A stretch of DNA of 64,000 nt from an uncultured Bacillales bacterium (GTDB taxonomy: Bacteria; Bacillota_I; Bacilli_A; RF39; UBA660): the NCBI GenBank assembly GCA_948433085.1, contig CAOJDP010000001.1, positions 15,642-79,641 of the forward strand, given 5' to 3'. Positions 49,938-60,127 of this stretch are shown here, piece by piece. Each line of letters opens with the position of its first letter. Positions within the stretch are counted from its first letter, which is position 1. The notes beneath the pieces were generated by a model that searched no databases, had not been told where the DNA came from, and saw nothing but the letters and a program-made list of their open reading frames with translations. The translations under genes were made by a program, and so were the position numbers.

Positions 49938-51338
49938 TTAACGTGTTTTCTGATTTTCAAGATTTTGATTTTTCATTGATTCTAAAAATGCAAACTTTTC
50001 TTCTAAATAGGGATCTTTTATCTCCATTAAATAACTTTTTACCATCTCAATTAACATTTGAAACAACTGTTCAAAGGACAAATTTTGGTGATACAGTTGT
50101 TGCATATGGAATGACAAATTCATACCAAATTGATACAACAAATACTGATTATAATGATACATATCACCTTCTAATAATGCTTCAGGCGTTTCTTTTTGTT
50201 TCAACCTATTGATTTCTTTTTCTAAAAATTGAAGTCTTTCTAACAATTCTAATGTATGATTTTCTTCATTCCATTGCCTTTTTTCTTTTTGTTTCAAAAC
50301 ATCTGTATTTAACTCACAATCCTTTATATTTACACGCAATTGTTGATATTCACAAGTACGTGTTTTTATTTCAACTTCATTTTTTTCTTTTGCCAATTCT
50401 ACTAACAGTTGTAATCCCTCTGTTGTAAACTTTTGCATACACAAAGCAATAGACGCTTCCATATCTACATCCTTATAACACTTATTATTTTTCGCTAGCA
50501 AAAGGGTAAGGATAGCAAATATTTCTGTAATAAAATTATGATATTTTTGAGGAATATGAATCAACTCTAAATTGGAAAATTTCCACCTATCACGTGTTTG
50601 TTTTGGTAATATAAACATAAGTAACATATAAAGTTGAAAATAGATATGATAGGTTTTCACAGATGGAACTTCATTTTCCTGCGTTGCAAGCAATTTGTTA
50701 TATTTTTTATTTTCTAATAATCTTTCATGGTAAATAGCATCCCCCTCACTTAACATACGCATCATATCAAATGAAAATGGATACTCACTAGAATAATAAT
50801 AACCATCGAAAAATTGACTTGCGTGTCGCAATTCATGATGAAAATTTTCAGGAAAATTACTTGAAGCCATGATTTCAATTGCTCTAGTGGTTTTTGTAGA
50901 TTTGCACACTCCAATTGTCAATAAAGCATAAGTACCATTTTCATTATCTAATACATATTGTTCCTTCTCTTTTCTAAATCTCTGAAAAACAGGATATGCA
51001 TGTGGAATTTTTTCCATATGTTTGTAAAAATAATTAGTTGAATCATTTAATATATCATCTAATCCATAAATTTTTAATGAATCAAGTTTTTCCAAAATAT
51101 GAAAATTTTCTTGAATATATTTTTCTACAGGTGTGTGCTCTAAAATATTCTTATTGGAATCATAGTGCTCTACCATTGATAACAACCAAAGTTTTAAAAA
51201 CATTTGATAAAATTCATTCAATTGCTTTTCTTGCATAATCTTCTCAAGTTGTTCATAATATTGAAAATATATTTTTGCTTTCCTACTCTGTTTTTGTTCA
51301 TATTTTTCTAACAATTCTTTATAATAATCCATTCGCAA
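49938..51338 (-). CDS. Hypothetical protein with an HExxH motif; putative zincin-like metallopeptidase
   Basis: 466 aa. HHELRHASQFF is the only recognisable motif, and a coiled-coil-rich C-terminal half follows. Confidence 0.45.
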   Translation of the reverse strand: MRMDYYKELLEKYEQKQSRKAKIYFQYYEQLEKIMQEKQLNEFYQMFLKLWLLSMVEHYDSNKNILEHTPVEKYIQENFHILEKLDSLKIYGLDDILNDSTNYFYKHMEKIPHAYPVFQRFRKEKEQYVLDNENGTYALLTIGVCKSTKTTRAIEIMASSNFPENFHHELRHASQFFDGYYYSSEYPFSFDMMRMLSEGDAIYHERLLENKKYNKLLATQENEVPSVKTYHIYFQLYMLLMFILPKQTRDRWKFSNLELIHIPQKYHNFITEIFAILTLLLAKNNKCYKDVDMEASIALCMQKFTTEGLQLLVELAKEKNEVEIKTRTCEYQQLRVNIKDCELNTDVLKQKEKRQWNEENHTLELLERLQFLEKEINRLKQKETPEALLEGDMYHYNQYLLYQFGMNLSFHMQQLYHQNLSFEQLFQMLIEMVKSYLMEIKDPYLEEKFAFLESMKNQNLENQKTR

Positions 51339-51552
51339 TATCCTCCATCATTGCTTCATATAACCTAGGCTCTATCTCTTGATATTCCTTTATGATGAAA
51401 TATTTTTCTTCTTTGGACATGGTAGGATTCTTAAGTGCATGCTGATTCAACAAATCTACTATTTTATAAAACAAAACAGTATTGATACATAAAGAACTAT
51501 ACTTTATTTTTAATGTTTCATTCATAAATCTTCCTTTATGTCTTGACACCAT
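51319..51552 (-). CDS. Small hypothetical protein
   Basis: The likely start is the internal MNETLKIKY at 51525. Overlaps with neighbours suggest coupling. Confidence 0.35.
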   Translation of the reverse strand: MVSRHKGRFMNETLKIKYSSLCINTVLFYKIVDLLNQHALKNPTMSKEEKYFIIKEYQEIEPRLYEAMMEDIANGLL

Positions 51553-51815
51553 TGTTTACAATTTTCAATTCGTAATCCATTATCCCCTTGTTCTTTATCA
51601 TAAGAAAAAGCATTCAATATATCACATGGAAAATGAACACACCGACCACAACAATCATGCTTATGTTCTTCTGCACAACTTTTAACAGGACATTGATCCC
51701 CCCAAAATAGCTTTGTAATATTCAGACAACCTTCACAAGTACTATCTTTGTGAAATGTACATTCACTACATACAATTCCACATCTCGATTCTATTTTTGT
51801 TTTTGTAACTAACAT
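51522..51815 (-). CDS. Cys-rich DUF3795-family protein
   Basis: 97 aa with about 13 Cys: CGIVCSEC, CEGC, CPVKSC, CCGRCVHFPC. Confidence 0.55.
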   Translation of the reverse strand: MLVTKTKIESRCGIVCSECTFHKDSTCEGCLNITKLFWGDQCPVKSCAEEHKHDCCGRCVHFPCDILNAFSYDKEQGDNGLRIENCKQWCQDIKEDL

Positions 51816-51828
51816 AGTTATACACCTC

Positions 51829-52341
51829 CTAATAAATTACTTTATCTTTTTGATTTTGATAAAACTCATACTCTTTTATCGTTTCTTCCCGGTCCATACA
51901 TTGAAAAGATAAAATCTTTTTATCTTCAATCCCTTGCATTAAATTTTCAATATAATGATAAATAAAATCATCCCTGAATCCTATTTCATCTGTATCTTTT
52001 CTTGTATTTCCATAATAACATTTTTTGATGTTAGCCCAGATAATTGCAGAAAAACACATTGGACAAGGATAACTTGTAGTATAAATTTCACATCCTGATA
52101 AATCATGTGTATTTAAGTATCTACAAGCATCACGAATGGCTTCTATCTCTGCATGAGCAGTTGGGTCATGCATACCTAATACATTGTTAAATCCTTTTCC
52201 AATGATTTCTCCATTTTTTACAATACAAGCCCCAAACGGTCCACCAGCTTTCCTTTTTAAGTTACTATTTGCAAGCATTTTTGCTTCTCTCATATACAAA
52301 TTCATGTTTACAACTCCTTTTAATCTTTCCAATACCACCAT
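51829..52341 (-). CDS. guaD: Guanine deaminase (CDA-fold), GuaD-like
   Basis: GGPFGACIVKNGEIIGKGFNNV, PTAHAEIEAI, YPCPMCFSAIIWA and GFRDDFIY are collinear with B. subtilis GuaD. The true start is probably the internal MREAK. Confidence 0.75.
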   Translation of the reverse strand: MVVLERLKGVVNMNLYMREAKMLANSNLKRKAGGPFGACIVKNGEIIGKGFNNVLGMHDPTAHAEIEAIRDACRYLNTHDLSGCEIYTTSYPCPMCFSAIIWANIKKCYYGNTRKDTDEIGFRDDFIYHYIENLMQGIEDKKILSFQCMDREETIKEYEFYQNQKDKVIY

Positions 52342-52568
52342 TTTAGTTTCTCTGTTTCAGGATTGTCTGTACTTACATAATAAACAGCCATACGAAATAC
52401 ATATAGTAGACACCTATCTTCTTGAAAGCCTTTGACTTTACAAACTTGCTCATATAAAGTTTCAGGATTTTTTCCTTTCAAATCTTCTACAGATTGAATC
52501 CCAATTTGTAATAAATCTTTTTTTATTTGTTTCCCAATATTAGGAATTGTTCTTAAATCAGTATACAT
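52320..52568 (-). CDS. Helix-hairpin-helix (TfoX C-terminal-like) small protein
   Basis: LRTIPNIGKQIKKDLLQIGIQSVEDLKG matches the HhH/TfoX_C pattern. Confidence 0.5.
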   Translation of the reverse strand: MYTDLRTIPNIGKQIKKDLLQIGIQSVEDLKGKNPETLYEQVCKVKGFQEDRCLLYVFRMAVYYVSTDNPETEKLKWWYWKD

Positions 52569-52569
52569 A

Positions 52570-53121
52570 TCATTTCACTTTAGGATGAGATTCCATCTCT
52601 GATGGGAATGTATCATAAATTGTATTATATGCATCCATAATTTCCTGAAATTCAGAATAACTTATGTTTAAATTCATTCGAATTCTACTTCCAATCGCAT
52701 TCATGGCGTCTATTCCTGCAAAATTTTCTATCATAGATTTGATGGAATAATAATCACTGAGTTGAATCGTTTCATGTTTGGAAAAGGTTTTCAATAAATC
52801 TATTAAAAGTTGTCTACATAATATAAAATAATGATCCATTGTAATCTCTAAGTTTAAATGTCTTTCCATATCCATTTTTGGTACATAAATATCTAAAACA
52901 CAAACATTTTGCTTTTCAAGTTTGGCAACACCTAAATTAATTTTGGCTTGTATTGCTTCAGGATATAATAATACTTGATTTATATATTGTATAATTATTT
53001 GGGATTTGATTGGTGCAAGCATCTGTGCTTCTCCTTTTTTCATTGGACCACCTATTTCCTTTCTAATGAATTGTTCCATAATTATTACTATTTTTATATA
53101 GATTGATTTGTAGGGGTGCAA
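52570..53121 (-). CDS. Hypothetical protein
   Basis: 183-aa ORF. No family recognised. Confidence 0.4.
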   Translation of the reverse strand: MHPYKSIYIKIVIIMEQFIRKEIGGPMKKGEAQMLAPIKSQIIIQYINQVLLYPEAIQAKINLGVAKLEKQNVCVLDIYVPKMDMERHLNLEITMDHYFILCRQLLIDLLKTFSKHETIQLSDYYSIKSMIENFAGIDAMNAIGSRIRMNLNISYSEFQEIMDAYNTIYDTFPSEMESHPKVK

Positions 53122-53164
53122 TTCTACATACCATGCATATAAAAAATTCCCCTTATAAATATTT

Positions 53165-54652
53165 CTATTTATTTATCTTTGTAAGTCCTGATGCATCTAA
53201 TAAATAAATTACATCAGCGACTTCCTCTATATATTTTCGATCATGGGATACACTGATGATAGTTCCTTTAAAATTTTTTAAAACAGTTCGAATCATTGGA
53301 TTCGATAATGGACTAACATTTCTTGTAGGTTCATCTAATACTAACACATCACACTGTTCCAAAACAAATTTCATTAACATTAATTTTGCTTTGGTTCCAT
53401 TACTTAAATCTTCTATTTTACCTGTCATTTCCTCTTGCGTAAATTTCATATTTCCTAAATACATTCTTGCTTTTGTAATATCTTGTTTTTGGGCAACAAA
53501 ATCTAAAACCGTCATTTGTGGATTCCATAACGTTTCATAATTTTGTGGCATATATCCTACCTTAATATCTGTCCTAGTACATAAAGTATCATATATTTTT
53601 TGGATGAGCGTTGTTTTTCCTACTCCATTTTTTCCTATAATACATAGATGAACATTACCTCGTACTTCTAAATAAATATTTTGGGCCAATAACTGCTGCC
53701 CTACTTCTAATCGTTCTAATGAAATCTCTAAAATTAACTTGTTTTTTGGAATATTAACTTCTTCAAAAGAAAAATGAATGCTTTCTTCCACATCAGGCAT
53801 TTCAGTCAATGCACTTTCGTTCAACTTCTTTTCTTGTGATTTTAAAGTATGCATTTTTTTCTTTAATACCTTAGCTCCATGTGGATCACTTCTAGAGATA
53901 GTATTCTGTCTGTACTCTACTTTTTGCATCACTCTCCTTAACTTCTCTTCTTTCTTCGTATATTCTCTTTTTTCAAATGTTGCGACCTGTGTTTGTTTTT
54001 GAATGGAATTGATTCTCATGTCTATATAAGTTTGATAATCTACATTCATAAGTGTATGTTTACATTCTTGCTTTTTTTTAAGTTGTTCAATGTGTAAAAT
54101 TCTATTTGCAGTACTTGCTAATAATGTTTCATCGTGAGAAATATATAGAATTGGTTTATTTGTTTGCTTCATAAACATTTCTAACCATTCCAATGTCTCA
54201 ATATCTAAATCATTGGTTGGCTCATCTAAAAACAGTATATCGCATTCTTCTAACAGAAGTCTCAAAATCCCTATCTTAACTTTTTCTCCACCTGATAGAG
54301 TGGACATGGATTGTTTGAGAATCTCCTCTTTTAATTGGAATGTTTCTAAATATTGATATAATTCATGAATTTTATTATAATACGCTTCTTGATTGGAAAA
54401 TAGAAAATCAAAAACAGTTTGTTTGTCTTGAATCAATTGTTCTAAATAGCCGATCGTATAATTCTTCTGACTTACCATTCCTGTTACAGTAGCATAATCA
54501 CAAATCCCCAATAAGCATCTGAGCAATGTGGATTTGCCATTTCCTTCTTCTCCAATAATTGCAAGTTTATCTCCTTTGTTTAAGGTAAAGGAAAGACCTT
54601 TGATTAAGTATCTAGTATTTACACAAATACTTACGTCTTTTACTTCTAACAT
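53165..54652 (-). CDS. ABC-F family ATPase with two NBDs and no TMD; possible ARE ribosomal-protection type
   Basis: Two Walker A motifs (GEEGNGKST, GKNGVGKTT), two signature motifs (LSGGEKVK, LSNGTKAK) and a charged inter-domain linker. The length of 495 aa is similar to Lsa/Vga/Msr. Confidence 0.75.
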   Translation of the reverse strand: MLEVKDVSICVNTRYLIKGLSFTLNKGDKLAIIGEEGNGKSTLLRCLLGICDYATVTGMVSQKNYTIGYLEQLIQDKQTVFDFLFSNQEAYYNKIHELYQYLETFQLKEEILKQSMSTLSGGEKVKIGILRLLLEECDILFLDEPTNDLDIETLEWLEMFMKQTNKPILYISHDETLLASTANRILHIEQLKKKQECKHTLMNVDYQTYIDMRINSIQKQTQVATFEKREYTKKEEKLRRVMQKVEYRQNTISRSDPHGAKVLKKKMHTLKSQEKKLNESALTEMPDVEESIHFSFEEVNIPKNKLILEISLERLEVGQQLLAQNIYLEVRGNVHLCIIGKNGVGKTTLIQKIYDTLCTRTDIKVGYMPQNYETLWNPQMTVLDFVAQKQDITKARMYLGNMKFTQEEMTGKIEDLSNGTKAKLMLMKFVLEQCDVLVLDEPTRNVSPLSNPMIRTVLKNFKGTIISVSHDRKYIEEVADVIYLLDASGLTKINK

Positions 54653-54779
54653 ATTATGCCTCCTTTTGGCATAATTTTTTTTAAGTTTATGCCGAACTTA
54701 TTTCTCTACTATTCTCATGTTCTCACCTCTCATTTTCTTATTTAGAAATTAAACACTTCTTATAATCATTGCATAATAA

Positions 54780-55658
54780 TCACTTGGAAGATATTTCTAA
54801 CATTTTCCATGGTTTCATTTTTGTGGAATCCTTTTCATAAATTTGGTAAAGTGCAAGAGGAACTCCTTGCTCATTTTGAAACAAAACAACATCTTCTTGA
54901 TATCGATTTTCTAAAACAACACCATTTTTAATTTTGTTCTCTAGATAAGAATCTACCACAATGGTAGGATATTTCTGGAGTATTCGATTGTAATCCTCTA
55001 TATGGTAATTACCTTGTTCTATTTCTTCTAATGTATTACAATCTTCTATGGAAAATTCTCCTTGACGTGTTCTTGTTAATTGAGACATTGTTCCTACTGT
55101 ATGACACATACTTGCAATATCTTCAATTAGGCTTCTAATGTAAGTTCCTTTAGAAACTACTGTTCGAATTTCAATGATAACTTTTTGATTTTGTACCATA
55201 CATTTACTACATTCTAGCTCATAAATTGTTACTTTTCTTTTTGGAAGTTCTATAGTTTCTCCATTTCTTGCATATTCATATAACTTTTTGCCTTTTATTT
55301 TAACCGCTGAATAAATAGGGACTGTTTGGAAATATGTTGTTGTCATGTTTTTACAAGCTTGTTTTATTTCTTCAGCCGTAACACTTACCTCTTTTTCTTC
55401 TAAAATATTCCCTGTAATATCACCTGTATCTGTTTGAATTCCTAAAATCATTTGCGCTACATACTCTTTTTTTTCACTTGTTATCACTTCTACTAATTTT
55501 GTAGCTTTCTCAATACATAGGACCATTACACCTGTAGCCATCGGGTCCAATGTTCCTGTATGACCTATTTTTTTTGTGCCTAAAAGTTTTCCTACAATAT
55601 TAACAACATCTCGACTTGTATAATTTGCAGGTTTATTGATTGTTATAATACCATTCAT
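54780..55658 (-). CDS. truB: tRNA pseudouridine(55) synthase TruB
   Basis: MNGIITINKPANYTSRDVV...HTGTLDPMATGVMVLC, including the catalytic Asp motif. Confidence 0.9.
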   Translation of the reverse strand: MNGIITINKPANYTSRDVVNIVGKLLGTKKIGHTGTLDPMATGVMVLCIEKATKLVEVITSEKKEYVAQMILGIQTDTGDITGNILEEKEVSVTAEEIKQACKNMTTTYFQTVPIYSAVKIKGKKLYEYARNGETIELPKRKVTIYELECSKCMVQNQKVIIEIRTVVSKGTYIRSLIEDIASMCHTVGTMSQLTRTRQGEFSIEDCNTLEEIEQGNYHIEDYNRILQKYPTIVVDSYLENKIKNGVVLENRYQEDVVLFQNEQGVPLALYQIYEKDSTKMKPWKMLEISSK

Positions 55659-55662
55659 AAGT

Positions 55663-55950
55663 TCACCGAATATTAGACTTTAGAAAGTCAATCAGTAATG
55701 ACAATGAAAGTTCCCTCATTACTGTTTTTGCAAATGTACTTAAATGGGAAAGTAACGTTTTTGCTTTCTTCATGTCATTTTGATGAATGCACTTACAAAT
55801 TTCTTTTAGTTTTTGTTGTTCTTCTAAATGGATATCCGTTTTCATTAAAACATCCAGTTCCTGTAATAAATGGGACTTCTGTTGCACAAACTGATTTTCG
55901 ATATGGTCTGCAATATTGACAACGCCATAATTTTCTACCTTAATATTCAA
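55663..55950 (-). CDS. Hypothetical protein
   Basis: 95 aa, upstream of truB. It does not resemble RbfA. Confidence 0.35.
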   Translation of the reverse strand: MNIKVENYGVVNIADHIENQFVQQKSHLLQELDVLMKTDIHLEEQQKLKEICKCIHQNDMKKAKTLLSHLSTFAKTVMRELSLSLLIDFLKSNIR

Positions 55951-56084
55951 CTGCCTTACCTCCTCGTATAATGCAGTTAAGATATTTTTTAACTACATTT
56001 CTTATTTAGATTTTTGTTAAGAGATATCTATAAACTCATTATTTTGTAGATTATAAAATCTATATTATAATGTCTGTAGAGATA

Positions 56085-57545
56085 GAGTGGTTTTAGTTAC
56101 CTCCTTGAACATTTGGTTCTTATTTTAGACTAAAGCCTCTTCTTTACAAATTGGATATTAATGAGTTGTATAAGGACTTGCTTGTTAGCTTTTGCCTTTC
56201 ATTTGCGAGGTTATATCTTTGTAAAGGTACTGAGGGCACTGCCTCTATCTTAAATATCAAGAATTGGAGTTTTTATTATGAATTATTTTTTAGGTATTGA
56301 TATTGCTAAAACAAATCACGTTGCTTCACTTATCTACAACACTGGAGATGTTGTTATAAGGGCAATTAAATTTACAAATAGTAATGAAGGTTATGCAAAA
56401 CTTTTAACCACCATCCAAGATAAACTTGGTGATTTAAGCAATATTGAGGTTGCTATGGAAGCGACAGGTCACTATTGGTTAAGCTTATATTCCGCTTTAA
56501 CTGATAATGGTTTTAACGTATCTGTTTATAATCCTTACCAAGTTAAATCCTATCGCGGTGCTTATAATAATAGAAAACAAAAAAATGATATTATTGATTC
56601 TATTATTATCGCTGATTACTTAAGAGTTTTTGGTTTTAAAGAATCTAAATTGCCTGAGGAAAACTTATTATCTTTAAAACAATTAACTCGTTTTAGATCT
56701 AACATTGTAGATAATGTTTCTTCTTTAAAAGTCCAAGTAATTGGATTACTAGATAAAGTTTTTCCAGAATATAAGAAACTTTTTTGTGATACCTTTGGTA
56801 CTACTTCGAAACAACTATTACTGAATTGTCCAACTCCTGATGACATCATCAAGATTTCTACTACGAAACTAGCTAATTTATTATCTAAACATAGTAAGGG
56901 TAAATTTAACAAAGATACTGCTCTTCATATCAAGGAAGTTGCTAAGTCATCTTTTGGTATCAAATTTACTAATGATGCTTGTTCTTTTGAAATCAAACAA
57001 CTTATCAATCAAATTATCTTTTTAGAAAATCAAATTGATGCAGTAAGTAAAGAAATCAAAGAACTTTATAATAAATTAGATAACCACCTTTTATCAGTTC
57101 CTGGTGTTGTAGTTAATCTTGCTCCTATCATTTTAGCAGAAATTGGAGACATCAATAACTTTGATAAACCTAGTAAACTGATTGCTTTTGCTGGTACTGA
57201 TCCTTCTGAAAATCAATCTGGTAATAAATTATCTTCTAATGATAAAACTTCTAAAAGAGGTTTCCCCTATCTTCGTCATGCCATTTATATAGCTAGTTTA
57301 GTTGCAATATCAAATGAGCCTGAGCTTAGAACTTATTATGATAAAAAGATATCTGAAGGTAAGCACCATTTTGTTGCCTTAGCAGGCATTAGTCGTAAAT
57401 TATTAACAATCATCTATTACATTCTTAAAGAGAATAGAGATTATATTAGATACGACAATATCAAAGACAACAAGAACTAAATTTTTCAAAAATTTGAATA
57501 CTTTGGTTGTTTTTGTCATGCAGTAATTTAAGCAAGTTTTCATTT
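56085..57545 (+). mobile_element. IS110-family insertion sequence; boundaries approximate
   Basis: It comprises the transposase gene plus a GC-richer 5' leader (about 56085-56277) embedded in AT-rich intergenic DNA. No terminal inverted repeats are visible, as is typical for IS110. Orientation is opposite to the flanking genes. Confidence 0.5.
56278..57480 (+). CDS. IS110/IS116/IS902-family (DEDD) transposase
   Basis: N-terminal FLGIDIAKTNHVA, and the C-terminal DEDD_Tnp_IS110 pattern (SVPGVVVNLAPIILAEIGDINNF...AGTDPSENQSG). A GGAG RBS lies upstream. Confidence 0.85.
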   Translation: MNYFLGIDIAKTNHVASLIYNTGDVVIRAIKFTNSNEGYAKLLTTIQDKLGDLSNIEVAMEATGHYWLSLYSALTDNGFNVSVYNPYQVKSYRGAYNNRKQKNDIIDSIIIADYLRVFGFKESKLPEENLLSLKQLTRFRSNIVDNVSSLKVQVIGLLDKVFPEYKKLFCDTFGTTSKQLLLNCPTPDDIIKISTTKLANLLSKHSKGKFNKDTALHIKEVAKSSFGIKFTNDACSFEIKQLINQIIFLENQIDAVSKEIKELYNKLDNHLLSVPGVVVNLAPIILAEIGDINNFDKPSKLIAFAGTDPSENQSGNKLSSNDKTSKRGFPYLRHAIYIASLVAISNEPELRTYYDKKISEGKHHFVALAGISRKLLTIIYYILKENRDYIRYDNIKDNKN

Positions 57546-58058
57546 TCAAACTTTTTCATAAAATTTACTAAAAATTACTTGACTTATATATAGTTGTCTA
57601 TTTTCGTTATGAATCGTTTTGGCAATATTAATCGTTCCATAATTTTGAAATGTATGTACTACTTTTTGGGTTTGGATTGCTTGGCATAGTCTTGTATATA
57701 AATCATCTAGAAACAAACGATTGGGAGAGCCTATATGAAGTTGAAAACCTGAAGAAACTTGAATTTGTAAAGCAGTAATCGAATCATTTCGGTTGTATTT
57801 TATACTATCCCATATCCATATAGGAACACCAAATACTAAAAGTAACCCAATTAGAAAAGTAACATTTGTATCAATATAAAACTTATCATATAAATAAACA
57901 AGCAAACACCATATTGCACCTACTTTAATCCATTTTCTTTTAGGATACCAAAGAATATTAATGTTTGTAATTTCAGATAATTTTAATGCATCTCCGTTTG
58001 TTAAATATAACCATTCATTCTCTATTTTTAAATTTTCATTTACTAAAATTTTTTCCAT
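57546..58058 (-). CDS. Hypothetical membrane protein
   Basis: The start was set at ATG 58058 (MEKILVNEN), with an AAGGAGTGGGG RBS. Two TM segments. It occupies the position where spo0B lies in Bacillus but does not resemble Spo0B. Confidence 0.45.
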   Translation of the reverse strand: MEKILVNENLKIENEWLYLTNGDALKLSEITNINILWYPKRKWIKVGAIWCLLVYLYDKFYIDTNVTFLIGLLLVFGVPIWIWDSIKYNRNDSITALQIQVSSGFQLHIGSPNRLFLDDLYTRLCQAIQTQKVVHTFQNYGTINIAKTIHNENRQLYISQVIFSKFYEKV

Positions 58059-58074
58059 ATCCCCACTCCTTTGA

Positions 58075-59349
58075 TTACAATTTATATTCAAATTCAAAAT
58101 CTAATATTCGAACAGTATCTCCATCTTCTGCGCCCATTTCTCTTAAACAATCATCGATTCCCATTTTACGCAATTTATTTGCAAACCGAGCAGCTGCTTC
58201 ATCTGTTGTAAACCTTGTCATACGAAGTAATTTTTCCACCTCTTTGCCTCGAATAATCCAAGCTTCACCATCTTTACTAATTGTAAATGGTTTTTCATTT
58301 TTAAACTGATATAGAATATGACGTTCAAACTGTTGTTCTTCATAAAGTGGTTGTTTTTCTATGCGATCTAATTGTTCAGATAATGCATGGATTACAGTTT
58401 GCAACCCTTCTTTTTTCATCGCAGAAATTGGATAAATTGGGATGTTATTTATACGTTCTTGGAATACTTTTAAATTATATGACGCATTTTCCATATCCAT
58501 CTTATTGGCAATTATAATCTGTGGTTTCTTCATTAAACGTTCATTAAATTTACAAAGTTCTTGCTGAAGGATGAGATAATCTTGGTATGGATCTCTTCCT
58601 TCAAAACCACTCATATCAATGACATGTGCGATGACACGTGTTCGTTCAATATGCTTTAAGAAACGATCTCCTAATCCTTCCCCTAATGAAGCACCTTCAA
58701 TCAATCCAGGTAAATCAGCAACGACAAAGGATTTATTTTCAGAAACACGCACTACGCCTAAATTAGGAGTTAATGTTGTAAAATGATAGGCAGCTATTTT
58801 AGGTTTAGAAGCAGAAATTTGTGAAATTAAAGTAGATTTTCCAACACTTGGCATTCCTACTAACCCCACATCAGCAAGTAACTTTAATTCCACTTTGACT
58901 TTTTTATATTCACCAGGCTCTCCATTTTCGGCAAATGCTGGTGCAGGATTAGAACGAGTTGCAAAGGCCATATTCCCTCTACCACCACGACCACCAAATG
59001 CGACTACCACACGATCCTCTTTTTGTGTAAGATCGGCAATAATTAAGTTAGTTTCTGTATCTGTAATGACTGTTCCAAGTGGGACTTTAACCACCACATC
59101 TTTCGCACTTGCTCCATGTTTTGCTTTTCCTTCTCCATTTGCTCCTTTATCCCCTTTAATTACCCTCTTATAACGCAAATCTATTAGAGTATTCAAACCT
59201 TCATCCACTTCAAAAATAATGTCACTACCACTTCCACCATTTCCTCCATAAGGTCCCCCCATAGGGATATATTTTTCTCTGCGAAAGGCCATACACCCAT
59301 TTCCACCATCTCCAGCATACAATTCGATTGTTACTTCATCTATAAACAT
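58075..59349 (-). CDS. obg: GTPase Obg
   Basis: Obg fold N-terminus MFIDEVTIELYAGDGGNGCMAFRREKYIPMGGPYGG, G domain GMPSVGKST, and the C-terminal TGS-like domain. Confidence 0.95.
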   Translation of the reverse strand: MFIDEVTIELYAGDGGNGCMAFRREKYIPMGGPYGGNGGSGSDIIFEVDEGLNTLIDLRYKRVIKGDKGANGEGKAKHGASAKDVVVKVPLGTVITDTETNLIIADLTQKEDRVVVAFGGRGGRGNMAFATRSNPAPAFAENGEPGEYKKVKVELKLLADVGLVGMPSVGKSTLISQISASKPKIAAYHFTTLTPNLGVVRVSENKSFVVADLPGLIEGASLGEGLGDRFLKHIERTRVIAHVIDMSGFEGRDPYQDYLILQQELCKFNERLMKKPQIIIANKMDMENASYNLKVFQERINNIPIYPISAMKKEGLQTVIHALSEQLDRIEKQPLYEEQQFERHILYQFKNEKPFTISKDGEAWIIRGKEVEKLLRMTRFTTDEAAARFANKLRKMGIDDCLREMGAEDGDTVRILDFEFEYKL

Positions 59350-59489
59350 ATGTATTCCTCGTTTCTATCTGTTATTATACACGAATTTAAGCTAAAAATA
59401 TAGAATTTTGTGTAATATAAATCCAAAGTTTTGTATCCAATTTTACCAATTTTAATTGTATATATATATATTATTATAAAATTCCTACA

Positions 59490-59517
59490 TTTAAGCATCA
59501 AAAAACTATAGTTTTTT
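59490..59517 (-). terminator. Rho-independent terminator after rpmA
   Basis: The minus strand reads AACTATAGT-gaaaaa-ACTATAGTT followed by TTTT. Confidence 0.55.
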
Positions 59518-59525
59518 CACTATAG

Positions 59526-59813
59526 TTATGCTCCTTGTTTCTCTGGGTAAACACTTACTTGTTTTCTATCTCTACCAACACGTTCAAATTTTACATATCC
59601 GGCAATTTTTGCATATACAGTATCATCACTACCAATTCCTACATTGTTACCAGGATAAATTTTTGTTCCACGTTGGCGATATAAGATAGACCCACCACTT
59701 ACATATTCTCCATCTGCGGCTTTGGCACCAAGACGTTTGGCAATGGAATCACGACCATTTTTTGTAGAACCTTGTCCTTTCTTGTGGGCAAAAATCTGAA
59801 TTTCTAATTTCAT
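59526..59813 (-). CDS. rpmA: 50S ribosomal protein L27 with a Prp-cleavable N-terminal extension
   Basis: MKLEIQIFA|[14 protein letters not shown]...[16 protein letters not shown] chose ATG 59813 as the start; the track extends to 59822. Confidence 0.9.
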   Translation of the reverse strand: MKLEIQIFAHKKGQGSTKNGRDSIAKRLGAKAADGEYVSGGSILYRQRGTKIYPGNNVGIGSDDTVYAKIAGYVKFERVGRDRKQVSVYPEKQGA

Positions 59814-59818
59814 GAATG

Positions 59819-60127
59819 TCATACAGCACCTCCCTTATTTATTTTAACATATTTTTTATAATCTTTTTGTAACCCTTCTAATAAAGAAATCATATTTTCT
59901 ATTAAAAGATCTACCATATCTAAGTGTTTTAAAACTGTGACCTTTACATAGGCGTCTTTTTGATCTAACCGAATACTAGATGCATCCACTCTTAGTATTG
60001 CATTCACAGTTGTAATTAAAATACTACTTACACTAGCACACACAATATCAGTGCCACTTACACCATATCCTGCATGCCCTTCTACCGTAATACTATCTTT
60101 TTTTTGATCTACTGTAATCTGAATCAT
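59819..60127 (-). CDS. prp: Ribosomal-processing cysteine protease Prp (YsxB family)
   Basis: [18 protein letters not shown] includes the catalytic His and Cys. It sits between rplU and rpmA. Confidence 0.85.
   Translation of the reverse strand: MIQITVDQKKDSITVEGHAGYGVSGTDIVCASVSSILITTVNAILRVDASSIRLDQKDAYVKVTVLKHLDMVDLLIENMISLLEGLQKDYKKYVKINKGGAV

Noticed and set aside
51829-52341. CDA-fold deaminase as a polymorphic-toxin or anti-phage nucleotide deaminase
   Set aside because: Motif-for-motif match to housekeeping guanine deaminase GuaD, and it is small and standalone.
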